Assembly: GCF_020745735.1 (NCBI RefSeq)
Contig: NC_083419.1
Span: forward strand, 16,514,085-16,578,084
DNA length: 64,000 nucleotides
Source: Hemiscyllium ocellatum
Lineage: Eukaryota
Direction: 5' to 3'
This document shows, piece after piece, positions 37,726 to 50,845 of the stretch. Made by a program: the position numbers and the translations under genes. Positions within the stretch are counted from its first letter, which is position 1; every line of letters begins with the position of its first letter. Below the pieces are notes generated by a model that searched no databases, was not told the DNA's origin, and saw nothing but the letters and a program-made list of their open reading frames with translations.

Positions 37726-38153
37726 GTACGTTCTGAAGTCTGTTACACCATATTTAGTCACTGACCCTGCTGACTACAGGAATTCAAGTCTATTCAGTAT
37801 GATCATTGAATCTTATTCTGTAGATCTGGTGTGTTCTGTTCATTGTATTCTTTCTGCTTTACGCCTAGTTCTGATTTGGGATTGTACGTAGGGCTGTTAG
37901 CTGCCCATCAACAGCATTTAACCTCTTATTGACCTTCTGTCATTAAGGGACAGACCATTTGCTCCACTTTAGCAGAATAATGCATAGTGTAATATATAGT
38001 GTAATATGCGTGTTTTTAACATTTTTTATCACTCAACTTACTTTAAGCAGTCCCAGAGAAATGCGACAGTATATAAATTGTGAAGACCATTTAATTTTTT
38101 TTTGTAATTCACCGTGGTTGCATAATTTAATATTTAATCATTCATTTAAATAG

Positions 38154-38275
38154 CCTTCATTTCCCTCTTGGACAACTATGAAATGTCCACTGGAATTGCT
38201 GAGGTGGTAACCCCAGAAGAAAGGGCTGAAAACAATCGCTTTCTGGATGCAGTTCTTGAAACAAAAGTCATGCAG
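38154..38275 (+). CDS. endou2: XendoU-type endoribonuclease, exon 4 (FISLLDNYEMSTGIAEVVTPEERAENNRFLDAVLETKVMQ)
   Basis: Acceptor aatag|, donor |gtgggt, 122 nt, phases consistent. Contains the FISLLDNYE motif of the EndoU family. Confidence 0.95.
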
Positions 38276-41200
38276 GTGGGTGATATCAGCCAATGGACTT
38301 GAGAAAGCATCGGATTTCTAAAAGCCATAAGCATTACTGTAGTAGAAGCTGTCAATTGTATTTGCAAAGACTCCAGTGACTTGAATGGCGTTAATCGTGC
38401 ATTCAGCACACCTCGCACTTTGGCTCAGATTTGGATTTTCTTGTCAGTGAAATAAAAGATCTTTTCAGGAACATGCACTGCCAGAGGCAGAATATCTGCA
38501 ACCTCTTACCCAGGTAGAAATTTGTTACCATTGACAAAAGACACACTTAGTCAAAAATTTTCATTTTGCATTTCATCAGGACATTCGCCGTGTGAGTAGA
38601 GCAACAATTATGTACCACAATAAAACAAAACAACTGCCAATGCTGGGGATCTGAAACAAAATCAGAAATTGCTGGAGAAACTCAGCTGATCTGGTAGCAT
38701 CTGTGGGAAGAAAGTAGACTTGATGTTTTGAATCTGGTGACTCTTCATAGGTGATGACCACCAGTTATCTGCCAAGTTTAGTTTAAATTTAAACTAAATC
38801 ATATAACCAATGCATTCTCCCTGGGATCGCTTGTACCAATCGCAGTACAATTGCTAACCAATTAACTGGCTGTTTCAGCAAATGTTGTTCCTCTCTACTC
38901 TAGTATTCTCGTGACTGTCCTAATGAATGCACAATGGAATGATTTGAAAAGAAAGTCTTGTTTTTCAGCAATAGTCAAGTTCAATACTATCAATGACTGT
39001 TTGTTTGCTTTTCATGAATTTGACTTTGCAGCATCAAAGAGTCAACTTCAGCTGAAGAATAATATGTTGCATTGGTACGATAGCACCATGGTTCTCATCT
39101 TGCAGAGTCGCTGATCCCTAAATTTTGTCGGAAGATTGATTCCATGTGGAAAAATGTTTCAGGGGGCTACATAGGGGCATAAATGAAAATGGATTTTATG
39201 TTTGAAGGAATCCTCAAAATCTTGATTTAGAATGTTAGGTTTTAAAAAGCACCTTGAAAGAGGTCAAAGGGTGTGACAACTTGGGTAGGACTGAAGACAC
39301 AGCCACTACAGGTGGGGTGAAGAGCTGGGAAAATGCAAAGTAAAGACACAAGTCCGAGCAATTGAGGTTAGATGCGAAAAAATCCAAGATTTGGTTGGAA
39401 TTTGGGGCAATGTGTTCATCATTCAAAGGAGCATAGTCATCCTGAAATATGTACAAGGACAGTGTACACCTGAGGACAGTGACATTCTTTTGCTTATTAA
39501 TCTAATTATTGGGCCAAAGACTGATAAAGGCCTTTTTGCTTTATTTAGCTGTTTTGAAAGTTGCCTGGATATTCTAAATTGCCTACATATTATTCCAAAT
39601 TTCCTACATATAACGCAGTGTTTCCGGGGAGAAAGTCGAAACACAACTTTTGGGGGTTAGGGTTATGGTAGATAAAAGAAAAGAAAAAGCATGGACCAAA
39701 TCTAATTCTAGAAAATTTGATAACAAGATGCAGATTTAACACAACAAGAGATGACATGAGAGATAACAAATGTATACACTGGGTTGTAATTATCAGAGGG
39801 AACCACCTGAAAGGACAGTGGAAGAGAATCAGATGGGAAACTTTCCAAGCAAGTTAGATAAATACTTGAAAGGAAAATAATTACAAAACTACAGGGAAAA
39901 ATCAGGACCGTGGATCTAATTGATGAGATGTACTTTGAGGTGCAGAATAGCATCCTGCTGTATTGTATGATTTTATGAGATTGTAGCTTTACAGTGCATG
40001 TGGCATAATTACAGTTTCATTACTGGACAGAAGGAGGCATTTCAGCCCATCAATTTCATGCTTAGCCCATCATGTAACTCTCGGTGCAGAAAGAGAAATT
40101 GCTGGAGAAACTGTTGATGTTCCTGATGTTTTTATTTGAGATCTCCAACATGTAACTCTCGAGCACCTGTGCTATTTCCCCAGTGTAAATTTTGGCCTGA
40201 TTAGTATTTTTATGGCCAAGATCTTCAATATTACGCCAAGGGAGGCTTATGAACAATCATTTCCTTCGGTTTCGGTTCATTTTACTTAATCCATCTGGTC
40301 TTTCATTTTAGTATTAGATTTTTCTGAGGGGCGTGCGTGGTGAAATCAGTTGATGCTGAAATGTGAATTTCCAGAAGGTTCTGTTGTGTCAAGAAAAAGC
40401 AAAACAAGCTTTATTATGTTTAAAACAATCTTGAGCAGTCACATGAAGGCAGTATAAACCATTCTTGTCCAGAAGATTAGGGACAACTTAGAATGTTAGT
40501 AGAAAATATAGATATACTGAGTTCTGGGTCCTAGCAGTCCCCCTTGTCAATAGTCCATTATAGTAACCCTTTTGGAGCTGCCAATAATCTGTCAAAGGAT
40601 TGATATATTCTGCATCACTGCATGATAAAAACCATAAGCCTCAGACATTTGGGATCTTAATATCTAATTCTACTATGAGTTTTGAAAGGGACTAATCATT
40701 TTCCACTCTGCATGAAAAAGTTGCCTTTAGGTTCCTTTTAAATCTTTCCCTTTTCATCTTAATCCTACGCCCTCTAGTTTTGGACTGTCTCACCCTGCGA
40801 AAAGACCTTGTCTATTTGCCTTATCCATGGCCCCTCATGATGTTGTAAACCTCTATAACGTCAACCTTCAGTCTCTGATGTTCCAGAGAAAATAGCCCCA
40901 GTCTGTTCAGCCTCTCCCATAGCTCAAATGCTCCCACCCTGGCAACATCCTTGTAAATCTTTCCTCAACATCCTCCCTATAGCAGGGAGACCAGAATTGC
41001 ACAAAGTATATTCCTTTTGAAGTAAGTTTATTGTTATGTAAGAATTGCAGCAGCCAGTTTGCATGCAACAAACTCCCATAAACAGCAATGTGATATTGAT
41101 TAGATCATCTGTTTTAGTTATATTGATTTGAGAGAGAAATATTCACCAGGGCACTGGGGATAGCTCCTCTCTGAAAATAGGCCGAGGGTCTATTCGTGTA

Positions 41201-42792
41201 ACTTTGATGCATTTACCATCTCATCCATAATACAGCATCTCTGACAGTGTAATACTACCTCAATATTGCAATGGGAGTATCAACCTGAATGATTAAATCT
41301 TTGGATTGGTAAAGAACCTTCTGACTCATTATATAAAGGGTCTACCAAGCAAACCAGGGCTGAAAATTGTTATGAGAACTTTGCAACCAAGGGATATCAA
41401 TGGGCCCATGTTACATACTACTTGAGGAACAATGAAGCTTACAAGTGAGTGACCTCTAGCTGTAAGAGACTTCAATCTCTTCCCATCAGGTGAAAAAGAT
41501 GAAAATTCCAGACTTTAGTCACGAACGGAATCACTGCTTGTCTAAGGAGTAATTCCGGGATGTAAACTTCAGAACTTTTGCCAATTCCTGCTTTCACAAG
41601 CTATGCACAATGTGTTCTCATTGTGGACTACATCCAACTTAATTTTCTGAAGCAAAATCTGCCAAGTCTCTCCATGTTGCCAAAACTAATCATATGAACG
41701 CCAGAATGTTTATTTAGCACTACAACTTGGGTTTCTCTTTGGTCACATTCTTTGGTTTCACAAGTCTAGTGTCCTAGCATTTTCAAGGGTGCTATCTGTG
41801 TTGTGTGTTTGTGTTTCAGTACTTAGCAACTGCACTCACCTTCCTGACCAAACAATTATCAGAGTTTCTGTTTTTAATTCTTTGACCGTTCTTGCTGTGA
41901 TCACTTCCCTAACCTGACACTGTGTGGAAGTACAATTTGAATAATGTTAAAGTTAGTTTATTTTGGAGCTTTTTTTGCTGGTTAAACACAACAACCCAAG
42001 CTTGTCCATTTTCTCGTAACCTGGACTTTGAAGTTCAATGACCTTTTAATGATTGACTGGCAGGGGGAGCAGTGAATGTTACTCTGACCCACATGGCAGG
42101 AAGCTAATGTGAGCGGATGCCTGTTTCACATAAAGCATTATTCAAGACAAGAAATAGGATCAGGAATAGACCATTCAGCCCATTGAGCCTGTTGCATCAT
42201 TCAATATGATATTGAATATGCTTCAACTCCACTAACCTACCCTTTCCTTATATCCCTCAATCTCCTCAGAGACTGAAAGTCTGTCTAACCCAGGCTTCAA
42301 TGTATTCAGCAATAGAGACTCCAAAATCCCCCTCCAGAGTAAAATGCCTCCCAGAAACTATCATAAAGCTTCTTCAGAACCTTGTACCTTTCAATCAGAT
42401 GACCTGTTGTTATTTTTAATCCCAGAGAACATAGAGTCAGTTTGTTCCACCCCTTATCATAGGACAACACCCTGATCCCAGTGACTAATTTGGTGAACCC
42501 TTTTGTGCGACGTCTTCAACACAATCTATCCTTTCCGAGGAGAGGAAACCAGAATCTAATACACTTACTCCAGATGTAGTGTCACCAAACTCCTGTACAA
42601 TCAGAACAAATCTTATCTATTCCTGACGAAGGCCTCTGTGTTCTTGATTTAGCTTAAAGATAGCCCCTATACCTTCTCTTGTGTCTGAGTTGTAATGAAG
42701 TTAGAAGACCTTTAATAACAGTGAATTAAGCTGAGCAGTGATTGTGACATCCAATATGTTGACAATAATTCTGATAATTATCCTCTTTTCAG

Positions 42793-42905
42793 TTAACTCA
42801 TCAATACCTTGCCAGTAAAAATCTCACATCAGCTGATCCTCAACAGTTCAAGCAACATCTTTATGACATCTGGTTTCAACTGTATTCCAGAGGAGGGAAT
42901 CGAGG
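42793..42905 (+). CDS. endou2: XendoU-type endoribonuclease, exon 5 (LTHQYLASKNLTSADPQQFKQHLYDIWFQLYSRGGNR)
   Basis: Acceptor ttttcag|, donor |gtatgt, 113 nt. Contains the LY.IWFQLYSR motif. Confidence 0.95.
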
Positions 42906-43246
42906 GTATGTTTTTTTTCCTTTGAGAGCAAAATATTGAAATAGGCAGCAAAATACATTTCTGAAGAAGGGTCACTAGATCCGAAATGTTAACTCTGATT
43001 TCCTTCCACAGATGCTGCCAGACCTGCTGAGTTTCTCCAGCAATTTTTGTTTTTGTTGGAAGACTTACAGAGATCTACAAGGGTTTTATTGTAAAGCTAT
43101 AGTTTAGCATAACCATCAATTTCCACCTCTCCTGCTGAACTCTTTCCCTGTCCAGAAGCCAGCTCACCCCAGATTGGCGAGGGTGTCCACTTCCATCAGA
43201 ATATCCTGCAACTTGTGTGCTTCACTTTGCAGCATTTTCCAGTGGC

Positions 43247-43413
43247 GGAGGTGGGTACTGCAGATGCTGGAGATTAGAGTCAAGATTAGAGTAGTGCTGG
43301 AAAAGCACAGCAGGTCAGGCAGCGTCCGAGGAGCAGGAAAATCAGTGTTTTGGGCATTCCTGATTAAGGACTTTTGTCCGAAATGTTGATTTTCCTGCTC
43401 CTCGGATGCTGAC
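43247..43413. mobile_element. Short fold-back Penelope-terminus element truncated by the adjacent Poseidon-type insertion
   Basis: The left arm is complete. The right arm (cctgattaaggacttttgtccgaaatgttg...) ends at 43413. Confidence 0.75.
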
Positions 43414-45348
43414 AAAGTTTGTGAGAAGATTTGTAGCTCGGGTGCTCGTTGTTGTGGTTCTGTTCGCCGAGTTGGGAATTGTGTTGCAGACGTTTCGTCC
43501 CCTGTCTAAGTGACATCCTCAGTGCTTGGGAGCCTCCTGTGAAGCGCTTCTGTGATCTTTCCTCCAGCATTTATTGTGGCTTGTATCTGCCGCTTCCGGT
43601 TGTCAGTTCCAGCTGTCCGCTGCAGTGGCTGGTATATTGGGTCCAGGTCGATGTGCTTGTTGATCGAATCTGTGGATGAATGCCATGCCTTGAGGAATTC
43701 CATGGCTGTTTCTGTTTGGCTTGGCCTATAATAGTAGTGTTGTCCCAGTCGAATTCATGTTGCTTGTCATCTGCGTGTGTGGCTACTAAGGATAGCTGGT
43801 CGTGTTGTTTCGTGGCTAGTTGGTGTTCATGGATGCAGATCGTTGGCTGTCTTCCTGTTTGTCCTATGTGGTGTTTTGTGCAGTCTTTGCATGGGATTTT
43901 GTACACTACATTGGTTTTGCTCATGCTGGGTATCGGGTCCTTCATCCTGGTGAATTGTTGTCTGAGAGTGGCTGTTGGTTTGTGTGCTGTTATGAGTCCT
44001 AGTGGTCGCAGTCGTCTGGCTGTCAGTTCAGAAATGTTTTTGATGTATGGTAGTGTAGCTAGTCCTTTGGGTTGTGGCATGTCCTCATTCCGTTGTCTTT
44101 CCCTTAGGCATCTGTTGATGAAATTGTGTGGGTATCTGTTTTTGGCGAACACATTATATAGGTGTTCTTCTTCCTCTTTTTGCAGTTCTGGTGTACTGCA
44201 GTGTGTTGTGGCCCTTTTGAATAGTGTCTTGATGCAACTTCTTTTGTGTGTGTTGGGGTGGTTGCTTTCGTAGTTCAGGACTTGGTCTGTGTATGTGGCT
44301 TTCCTGTATACCTTTTGTGGTGAATTCTCCGTTTGGTGTTCTCTGGACCATCATTAAAAACACAGAAATAGAGAACACACACCGGATCATCAACACCACA
44401 TTCACAGGAATCCGATTCACTAGAGAGGAAGAAAAGGACAACGAACTCCCATTCCTAGACGTGACGGTACAGAGAACACCGAATGGAGAATTCACCACAA
44501 AGGTATACAGAAAAGCCACACACACAGACCAAGTCCTGAACTACGAAAGCAAACACCCAACACACACAAAAGAAGTTGCATCAAGACACTATTCAAAAGG
44601 GCCACAACACACTGCAGTACACCAGAACTGCAAAAAGAGGAAGAAGAACACCTATACAATGTATTTGCCAAAAATGGATACCCACGCAATTTCATCAACA
44701 GATGCCTAAGGGAAAGACAACGGAATGAGGACATGCCACAACCCAAAGGACTAGCCACACTATCATACATCAAAAACATTTCTGAACTGACAGCCAGACG
44801 ACTGCGACCACTAGGACTCATAACAGCACACAAACCAACAGCCACTCTCAGACAACAACTCACCAGGATGAAGGACCCGATACCCAGCATGAGCAAAACC
44901 AATGTAGTGTACAAAATCCCATGTAAGGACTGCACAAAACACTACATAGGACAAACAGGAAGACAGCTAATGATCTGCATCCATGAACACCAACTAGCCA
45001 TGAAACGACACGACCAGCTATCCTTAGTAGCCACACACTCAGATGACAGGCAACATGTGTTCAACTGGGACAATACTACTATTATAAGACAAGCCAAACA
45101 GAGAACAGCCATGGCATTCATCCACAGATTCAATCAATAAGCACATCGACCTGGACCCAATATACCAGCCACTGCAGCGGACAGCTAGAACTGACACCCA
45201 GAAGCGGCAGGTACAAATCACTACAAATGCCGGAGGAAAGATCACAGAAGCGCTTCACAGGAGGCTCCCAAGCACTGTGGATGTCACCTAGACAGGGGAT
45301 GAAATGTCTGCAACACAAATTCCCAGCTCGGCGAACAGAACCACAACG
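43414..45348. mobile_element. Fold-back Penelope-like element (Poseidon/Penelope-type) with ~880-bp inverted arms
   Basis: The RT C-terminus (LPFLDV, KVYRKATHTDQVLNY) and GIY-YIG (NVVYKIPCKDCTKHYIGQTGR) appear on both strands in mirror image. There is no Cys-rich linker. The unpaired centre is at ~44346-44469. Confidence 0.92.
43486..43525 (-). ncRNA. Minimal type I hammerhead ribozyme motif of the Poseidon-type element
   Basis: The minus strand reads gca-CTGAGGA-t-gtcactt agac aggggac-GAAA-cGTC-tgc. The mirror copy at ~45272-45311 has core mutations (CTGTGGA, GAAAtGTC). Confidence 0.75.
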
Positions 45349-45719
45349 TACATGTTAGACCTCAGCTGGAGTGTTGTGTGCAAATCTGGGTGCCACCTGA
45401 TAGGAAGGCTGCATATGCACTGGTGAAAGTACAGAAACAGTTAATAAAAATGGTACCATGGATGAGAAACTGCAGTTATGAGGATATATTGGAGAGGCTG
45501 CAGCTGTTCACCTTGGAGAGAAGAAGGTTAAGAGGAGATCTGATAGAAGTTTTCAAACTCTGGTAGTTTAGATAAGGAGAAACTGGGTAGAGCAGATAAG
45601 GAGAAATTGTTCCTGCTCATATGAGGATCAAGAATGAGAGGGCACAGATGTATAATGATTTGGAACATAAGCAAATGTGCTGTGAGAAAAGACGTTTTCA
45701 CACAGTGAGTAATTGAGGT

Positions 45720-46364
45720 TGTTATGGACTAGGCCAGAACACTCTAAACAATCTTAAGCAGGCAGCCCAGACCATAATTTTGCAATTTGTTTCGGTCAGT
45801 GTATAGTGAACATTACCCAGAGTAAGTTAGTAGGTTGACTACCAGGTTTAAAAGCAGACAAAAAATTATTCACAAAATTACACAATGAAACACAAAGAAA
45901 ATAATAAAGAACCCCTATGGAACATAGTCTATCCAGACTAGACTTAATTATGTTGTTCTGAATATACACAATAGTCCTAATAAGCAAACCCACTGAAACA
46001 CAGTAAAAATGGAACAAATGCTTGCAGGTTAAAGTTAGAAGGACAGAAGTAGAGAGAGTCGAGCAGCCTGTTTCCACACAGCTGAACTGCCTAATTAGTT
46101 CTGGACTGAAGTGCTCAGCTTTCAGAACTGACCATTTCCCTTTCATTGTACAGTTCACTTCTAAAACATGACCACTTTGGTCTGAAGTCTCATCTGTTTA
46201 CGTATAAACAGAAGGCCTGTCAAAATCCTTTCTCATGTCTATACCAAACTAGCCATCTCAGAGTCAGGAGCTGTTTATGATCCTTCTGAAAATAAAACCA
46301 ATGACACAGTATCCTTGGGTTTAGAACAGCTTATTAGAGAAAAAAAAGGACTAGCTTTGTGACA
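45720..46364. mobile_element. Solo LTR (Gypsy-like), 645 bp
   Basis: TGT...ACA termini and a 4-bp TSD aggt (45716-45719 and 46365-46368). It cleanly interrupts a CR1 3' fragment. Confidence 0.75.
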
Positions 46365-46641
46365 AGGTCTAGAACACATTGCTTGGAAATGTTCTAAAGG
46401 CAGATTCAATTAAGGCATTCAAGAGGGCATTGGATGATTGTTTCAATTTAAATTTGATAAGAGGACATGGAAAAAAGCCATGAGAATGGCAGTAAGTCAT
46501 GATGGAAAGCTGGTGCAGACACAATGGGCCGATGGGCTACTTTATATGTTTAAACAATACTGTGGTTTTGTGAAATGTCAAAAATGACTTCTGTGACAGA
46601 TTATCACTTGACTGCTTTATCGGTCTATTTGGTTCCTCCAG

Positions 46642-46795
46642 ACGAGATTCTTCAGGGTTTGAGCATGTGTTTGTGGGAGAGACCAAACGAGGGAGCGAGA
46701 TCATGGGCCTACACAACTGGGTCCAATTCTACCTGCAGGAGAAGCGCAATCACATTGATTATAAAGGCTTTGTGGCCAGGAAGGACAAGAATAAG
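46642..46795 (+). CDS. endou2: XendoU-type endoribonuclease, exon 6, with both catalytic His (DSSGFEHVFVGETKRGSEIMGLHNWVQFYLQEKRNHIDYKG...)
   Basis: Acceptor ctccag|, donor |gtgcga, 154 nt. The GFEHVFVGE and GLHNW catalytic motifs are intact. Confidence 0.97.
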
Positions 46796-48259
46796 GTGCG
46801 AGGAGTTACACTTGATGTCCTAACATTGTTGGCTAAGGAACAAGTTCTTAATTTATTCTCATTCTATTGTTGTTCCTTCTTAGTTTTTAGTAGTATTTTG
46901 TTGGGTTTCTAAAACACTGTCATCCTCGGATTTACTCTTGCAACCTTAATGAGCATGTTATTTTAATCTAATGATATCCTTAACCACCTCAGTGACCATG
47001 GATGCATATTTTTCTCAGAGTTTCAGTTTTCCAATGGAATGTATGTTTCTTGATCATTCTGAATTGTTTCTTAGTGTTTGTTAACCAGCAAATATTTTCA
47101 TTTGTTTACCCAATAAACCTCAGTTTTATTTAAGATTCTTGTTTGTAATTAGAATATTTTGTTTTGAAAATTATTGTGAAATGCATTTATTGTGATTAGT
47201 ATTACCTGATGAATCATTAACTATGATATTCCAACAATCCGGACTCATTAAAGTAGCTTAAATTCTTGTCTGGCTTCTTCAAACAAATGTCCCACAAACA
47301 TTCGACAAACTCATCTTTAAGGTAGCCTTTACCAATTTGCTTGGTCTAATTTGTATGGGGATTGCTGTCCATTGCAACTATTACGTTGCCTTTTATAAAC
47401 TGCAATAATTTATTCTTTTAATGATCTGTCCCACAGCTTAATTGTTGTTAGGGAGCCTACTCCCATCAGTTGTTTCTAACTCTTGTTATTCCTAATCTAT
47501 ACCCTCATGGTTTCCACATCTAATTTTTCTATGAAAAGATCATTTCTCACAAATGATTCAGAAATCATGCTTTATTATAATGGCTATCCTTCATTTTTCA
47601 ACCTGCCTGTCTTTTCAAAATGGTGTGTACTCTGAAACATGTATTTCCCAACTGTGGACACTTTGTAACCATGTCTCTGTGGTGGTGAGTAGAATTAAGC
47701 CAAGGCTCTCTATCTGTGACATGAATTCATTAATTGTATTGTGGATGCTCTGCACTTTCAGTGATTTAAGACTTTTTTAAACTACTATTCCTTGCATGGA
47801 CCGTTACCCTCTGTAATATTACTGTGCTGTCCCTTATTGCTCCTCTGAGTTGCCTTTCCCTACATTGATATTGCCTCAACTTTCCTATTGCCTCAACTTG
47901 AATTGATGGTGAAACAAACTAATTTCTGTTTGCTTACCCTTCATACTTGCAAAACTGTCTTTTTAATTTTTCTTGTGGACTGAAGAGAGGAAAGGACTGA
48001 TATAGAGGTCAAGTACTGTGGAGAGGATGGGGAAATTTTTAACTCTTGCAATGTCTCCAGGAATAGCAGGGCTTGATTTATAGCATATTACTCCAATGAG
48101 ACATGTTGAGGTCTTGATTTGATTCAGACTGAACTCCCTCAGCAATGCCAGCAGTGAGTGAATGAATATTTTGAATTTTACTAAGGTATTTGGTTTGGGT
48201 ATATGTTTGCCGACCTGTGGAATCTAGCTGATATTTGTTTATTTGCTGGTTTCTTGCAG

Positions 48260-48523
48260 CCTGATGAAGATGATCACGTCTTGAACCTGCAGTTCAGCTG
48301 GAAGACAATGGTGAAACCTGTGGGTAGTTCCTTTATTGGAGTGAGCCCTGAGTTTGAGGTCGCTGTTTACACCATCTGCTTCCTCCTGTCACAGGCCAAA
48401 GTCTCGAGGGAACTGGTAATGGTGGACGAATACCATTTGCAAATTGTGGTGTATCGTCATGGGAAGTACATTGGAAGTTCCTACCCGGTGCTGCTCAGCA
48501 ACAACAATATACCCCTGGACTGA
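48260..48523 (+). CDS. endou2: XendoU-type endoribonuclease, last coding exon (PDEDDHVLNLQFSWKTMVKPVGSSFIGVSPEFE...NNNIPLD*)
   Basis: Acceptor ttgcag|, catalytic Lys in MVKPVGSSFIGVSPEFE, stop TGA ending at 48523. Exons sum to 11+100+112+122+113+154+264 = 876 nt, or 291 aa plus stop. Confidence 0.97.
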   Translation, partial: PDEDDHVLNLQFSWKTMVKPVGSSFIGVSPEFEVAVYTICFLLSQAKVSRELVMVDEYHLQIVVYRHGKYIGSSYPVLLSNNNIPLD

Positions 48524-50307
48524 ACCTGTGGCAGTCTCAGGAATCCTCAGTGTCGTCTACAGTTTGCTCAAATGTCTGCAGAATTAACATCCGTCCAACA
48601 AGCAGACTATAGTCGATGCTCAGAGTATTTTTTTTCTGGTTAGATCTTCTCAAAGTCGTTGCAACATTGTATTGTATAAAATGCACATTTTGCAATGTCT
48701 TCTTGTTCAGAATCCTCAATTAATGCACTCCCATATGAACTCAGTGGATTTGATGCTGTGCTAAAGGAGACCGTTTCTGTGTTAAAATTCGGGTGACTTT
48801 TTAAAAAAATTCAGTTTAACGTTCAGCACAGAATTCATTTCAGAAACTGTCCCCATAAATCAACACATTTCACACAAAATCTCTACGTGTTGGCGTTGGC
48901 TTTTTAAATTTAATATGTTGTTGCAGGATTTTAGTTTGACAGTTTTTGTTCTGATAATGCTGCAGTCCTCAAATATCCAAACTGTCTAAAACAGTAAAAT
49001 CGTTGTGACCTCCTAATAAAGTGTCACCTACCTGCCTTGTTAATTAAATCCTACTGTAACAAGCCATCACATTTAATATCTCTTAGAAAACCAACCAATC
49101 TCTCCATGACCAGTGGGATCAGAAATATTTGTTTCATTTGAAGTGAAATTGGTGCATTTTAACCCTCAATGCACCACATGACCTAACAGCTGCACATTTT
49201 CACATCAATCTGATGTAAAATTCCTGCGTGATTTTAAACAGGGAGGAAAACGTTGTTCACTTTTCATTCCATCATTGAAGCTTCATCCATTTAAGAAAAC
49301 CTACAGCCAGCAGTTTCTTTTTTCTGTTATGGATGAGCATTTGTTTCATAGCTTGAAATTCTGTATCTGCTTTGATGACAATTAGTCAGTGATTTAAGGG
49401 TTAGCCCTGCGTTATACTCATGTGTTTCTCTGCTTCATAGCTTGTATTAGTGGAACTATATCAGCTTGTTAGATTGAACTTTTTATTAAACAAAAATTGT
49501 TTGAATTGTTATAGTTTTTAAAATGCACAATTTATTGATATTTCAATTTGCTTTTTAAAATAACTTGCATTTTATTAATGTTTTCAGTTTCCAGGTAAAA
49601 TATTTTCAATTAAACTTTGATTTGGCTTTTTCTCGGTCTCTGAAGTACCAAAATTGTGGAAGAAACTTGTTTCTCGCGGAGCTGTTTCCAAGAAATGAAA
49701 TTGGAGGGGGTTTAGGTGAGAACAGCTCAAAGACCCCTTTGTGTTTAAACATGGCGAGGGTTTGACTGTCACAGGTTTCAGTAACTAATGACTTCCAATG
49801 CCAACTTTCCTAGGATTACTGAGGTTTGAATCAATCTATGAAGTTTAATTTTAGATGGGTTGATGAAGACAAGAAACCCATGCTTAAAGATGTTCGGAGT
49901 TTACCCGAAACTGGGTTTACCTTTCTCCGGCCCAAAACTTATTGGGATTTTGAAAGATCATGAGCAATTTAATTCTACAGAAACCACATTGCTTCAGCTG
50001 CAATCCCAGGCCTCACTGATCTTTACTCCTGACCTGAATTGCATCCAGACATTTCAAAGTTCGTCTAAACCTGTCTCAAAACTGCTCTCACTTTTTACAC
50101 TTCTGAATTTTCAATTTTTATCAAAACGTGTTTTGCAGTTTTCATAATTCATAACATGGTCATTATGGAAACTCTACTTCTGTAAAGGTTCAGTCTTTGT
50201 TTTTCCAAAGGAGCTGATTTTATGACAACTTGCACGTTTATCCCAACCAAATCCTTAACCCACCTGCTGTGTTTTGCAGCTTATTCTGTTTGTAGACCAG
50301 CATTAAT

Positions 50308-50617
50308 CTGGTACTCAATCCTTTATCCAAAATCCTTGGGGCCAGTTGCTTTTCAGGATTCCGAATTTTTCTGATTTCAGAATAAATGGCATTTTCACGG
50401 TGAAGTTAAAAACAAATTACCGAAGAGCAGATGCATGTGTGAATAGTGCGAACGCTGAGACAGAATTAATGCCTGCCAGTGCTGGGGCCAGGATGGCGCA
50501 TCCCATCTGAGTGTTGTGGTTCGAGTGGGTGTGGTGTTGGGTCACACCAAAATGACACTCCACAATCCACAGAAAAGTTTCAGATTTCAGAATTTCGGAT
50601 AAAGGATTGTGTACCTG
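50308..50617. mobile_element. Tigger/pogo-like MITE
   Basis: TIRs ctggtactcaatcctttatccaaaat and atttcggataaaggattgtgtacctg, followed by TA. Confidence 0.7.
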
Positions 50618-50845
50618 TACTGAAAAGAGCTACATGTTGGTAAATACAGTTTGCTGATTTGAAATTTCTATTTCCTCCCCCTCCAAGTGGAAACAATATT
50701 GGAGTTATTGCTGCTTGTTAACACTCTGCCTTAATTTCTCAAAGTTCAGCAGAACCTTGGAATACGTATTTGACCAAAGTTTAATCTTTGGACATGGTTA
50801 TAGTTCAGTTCCTGCAACGCATGTTCATCTTTTTAATAATTTTGA

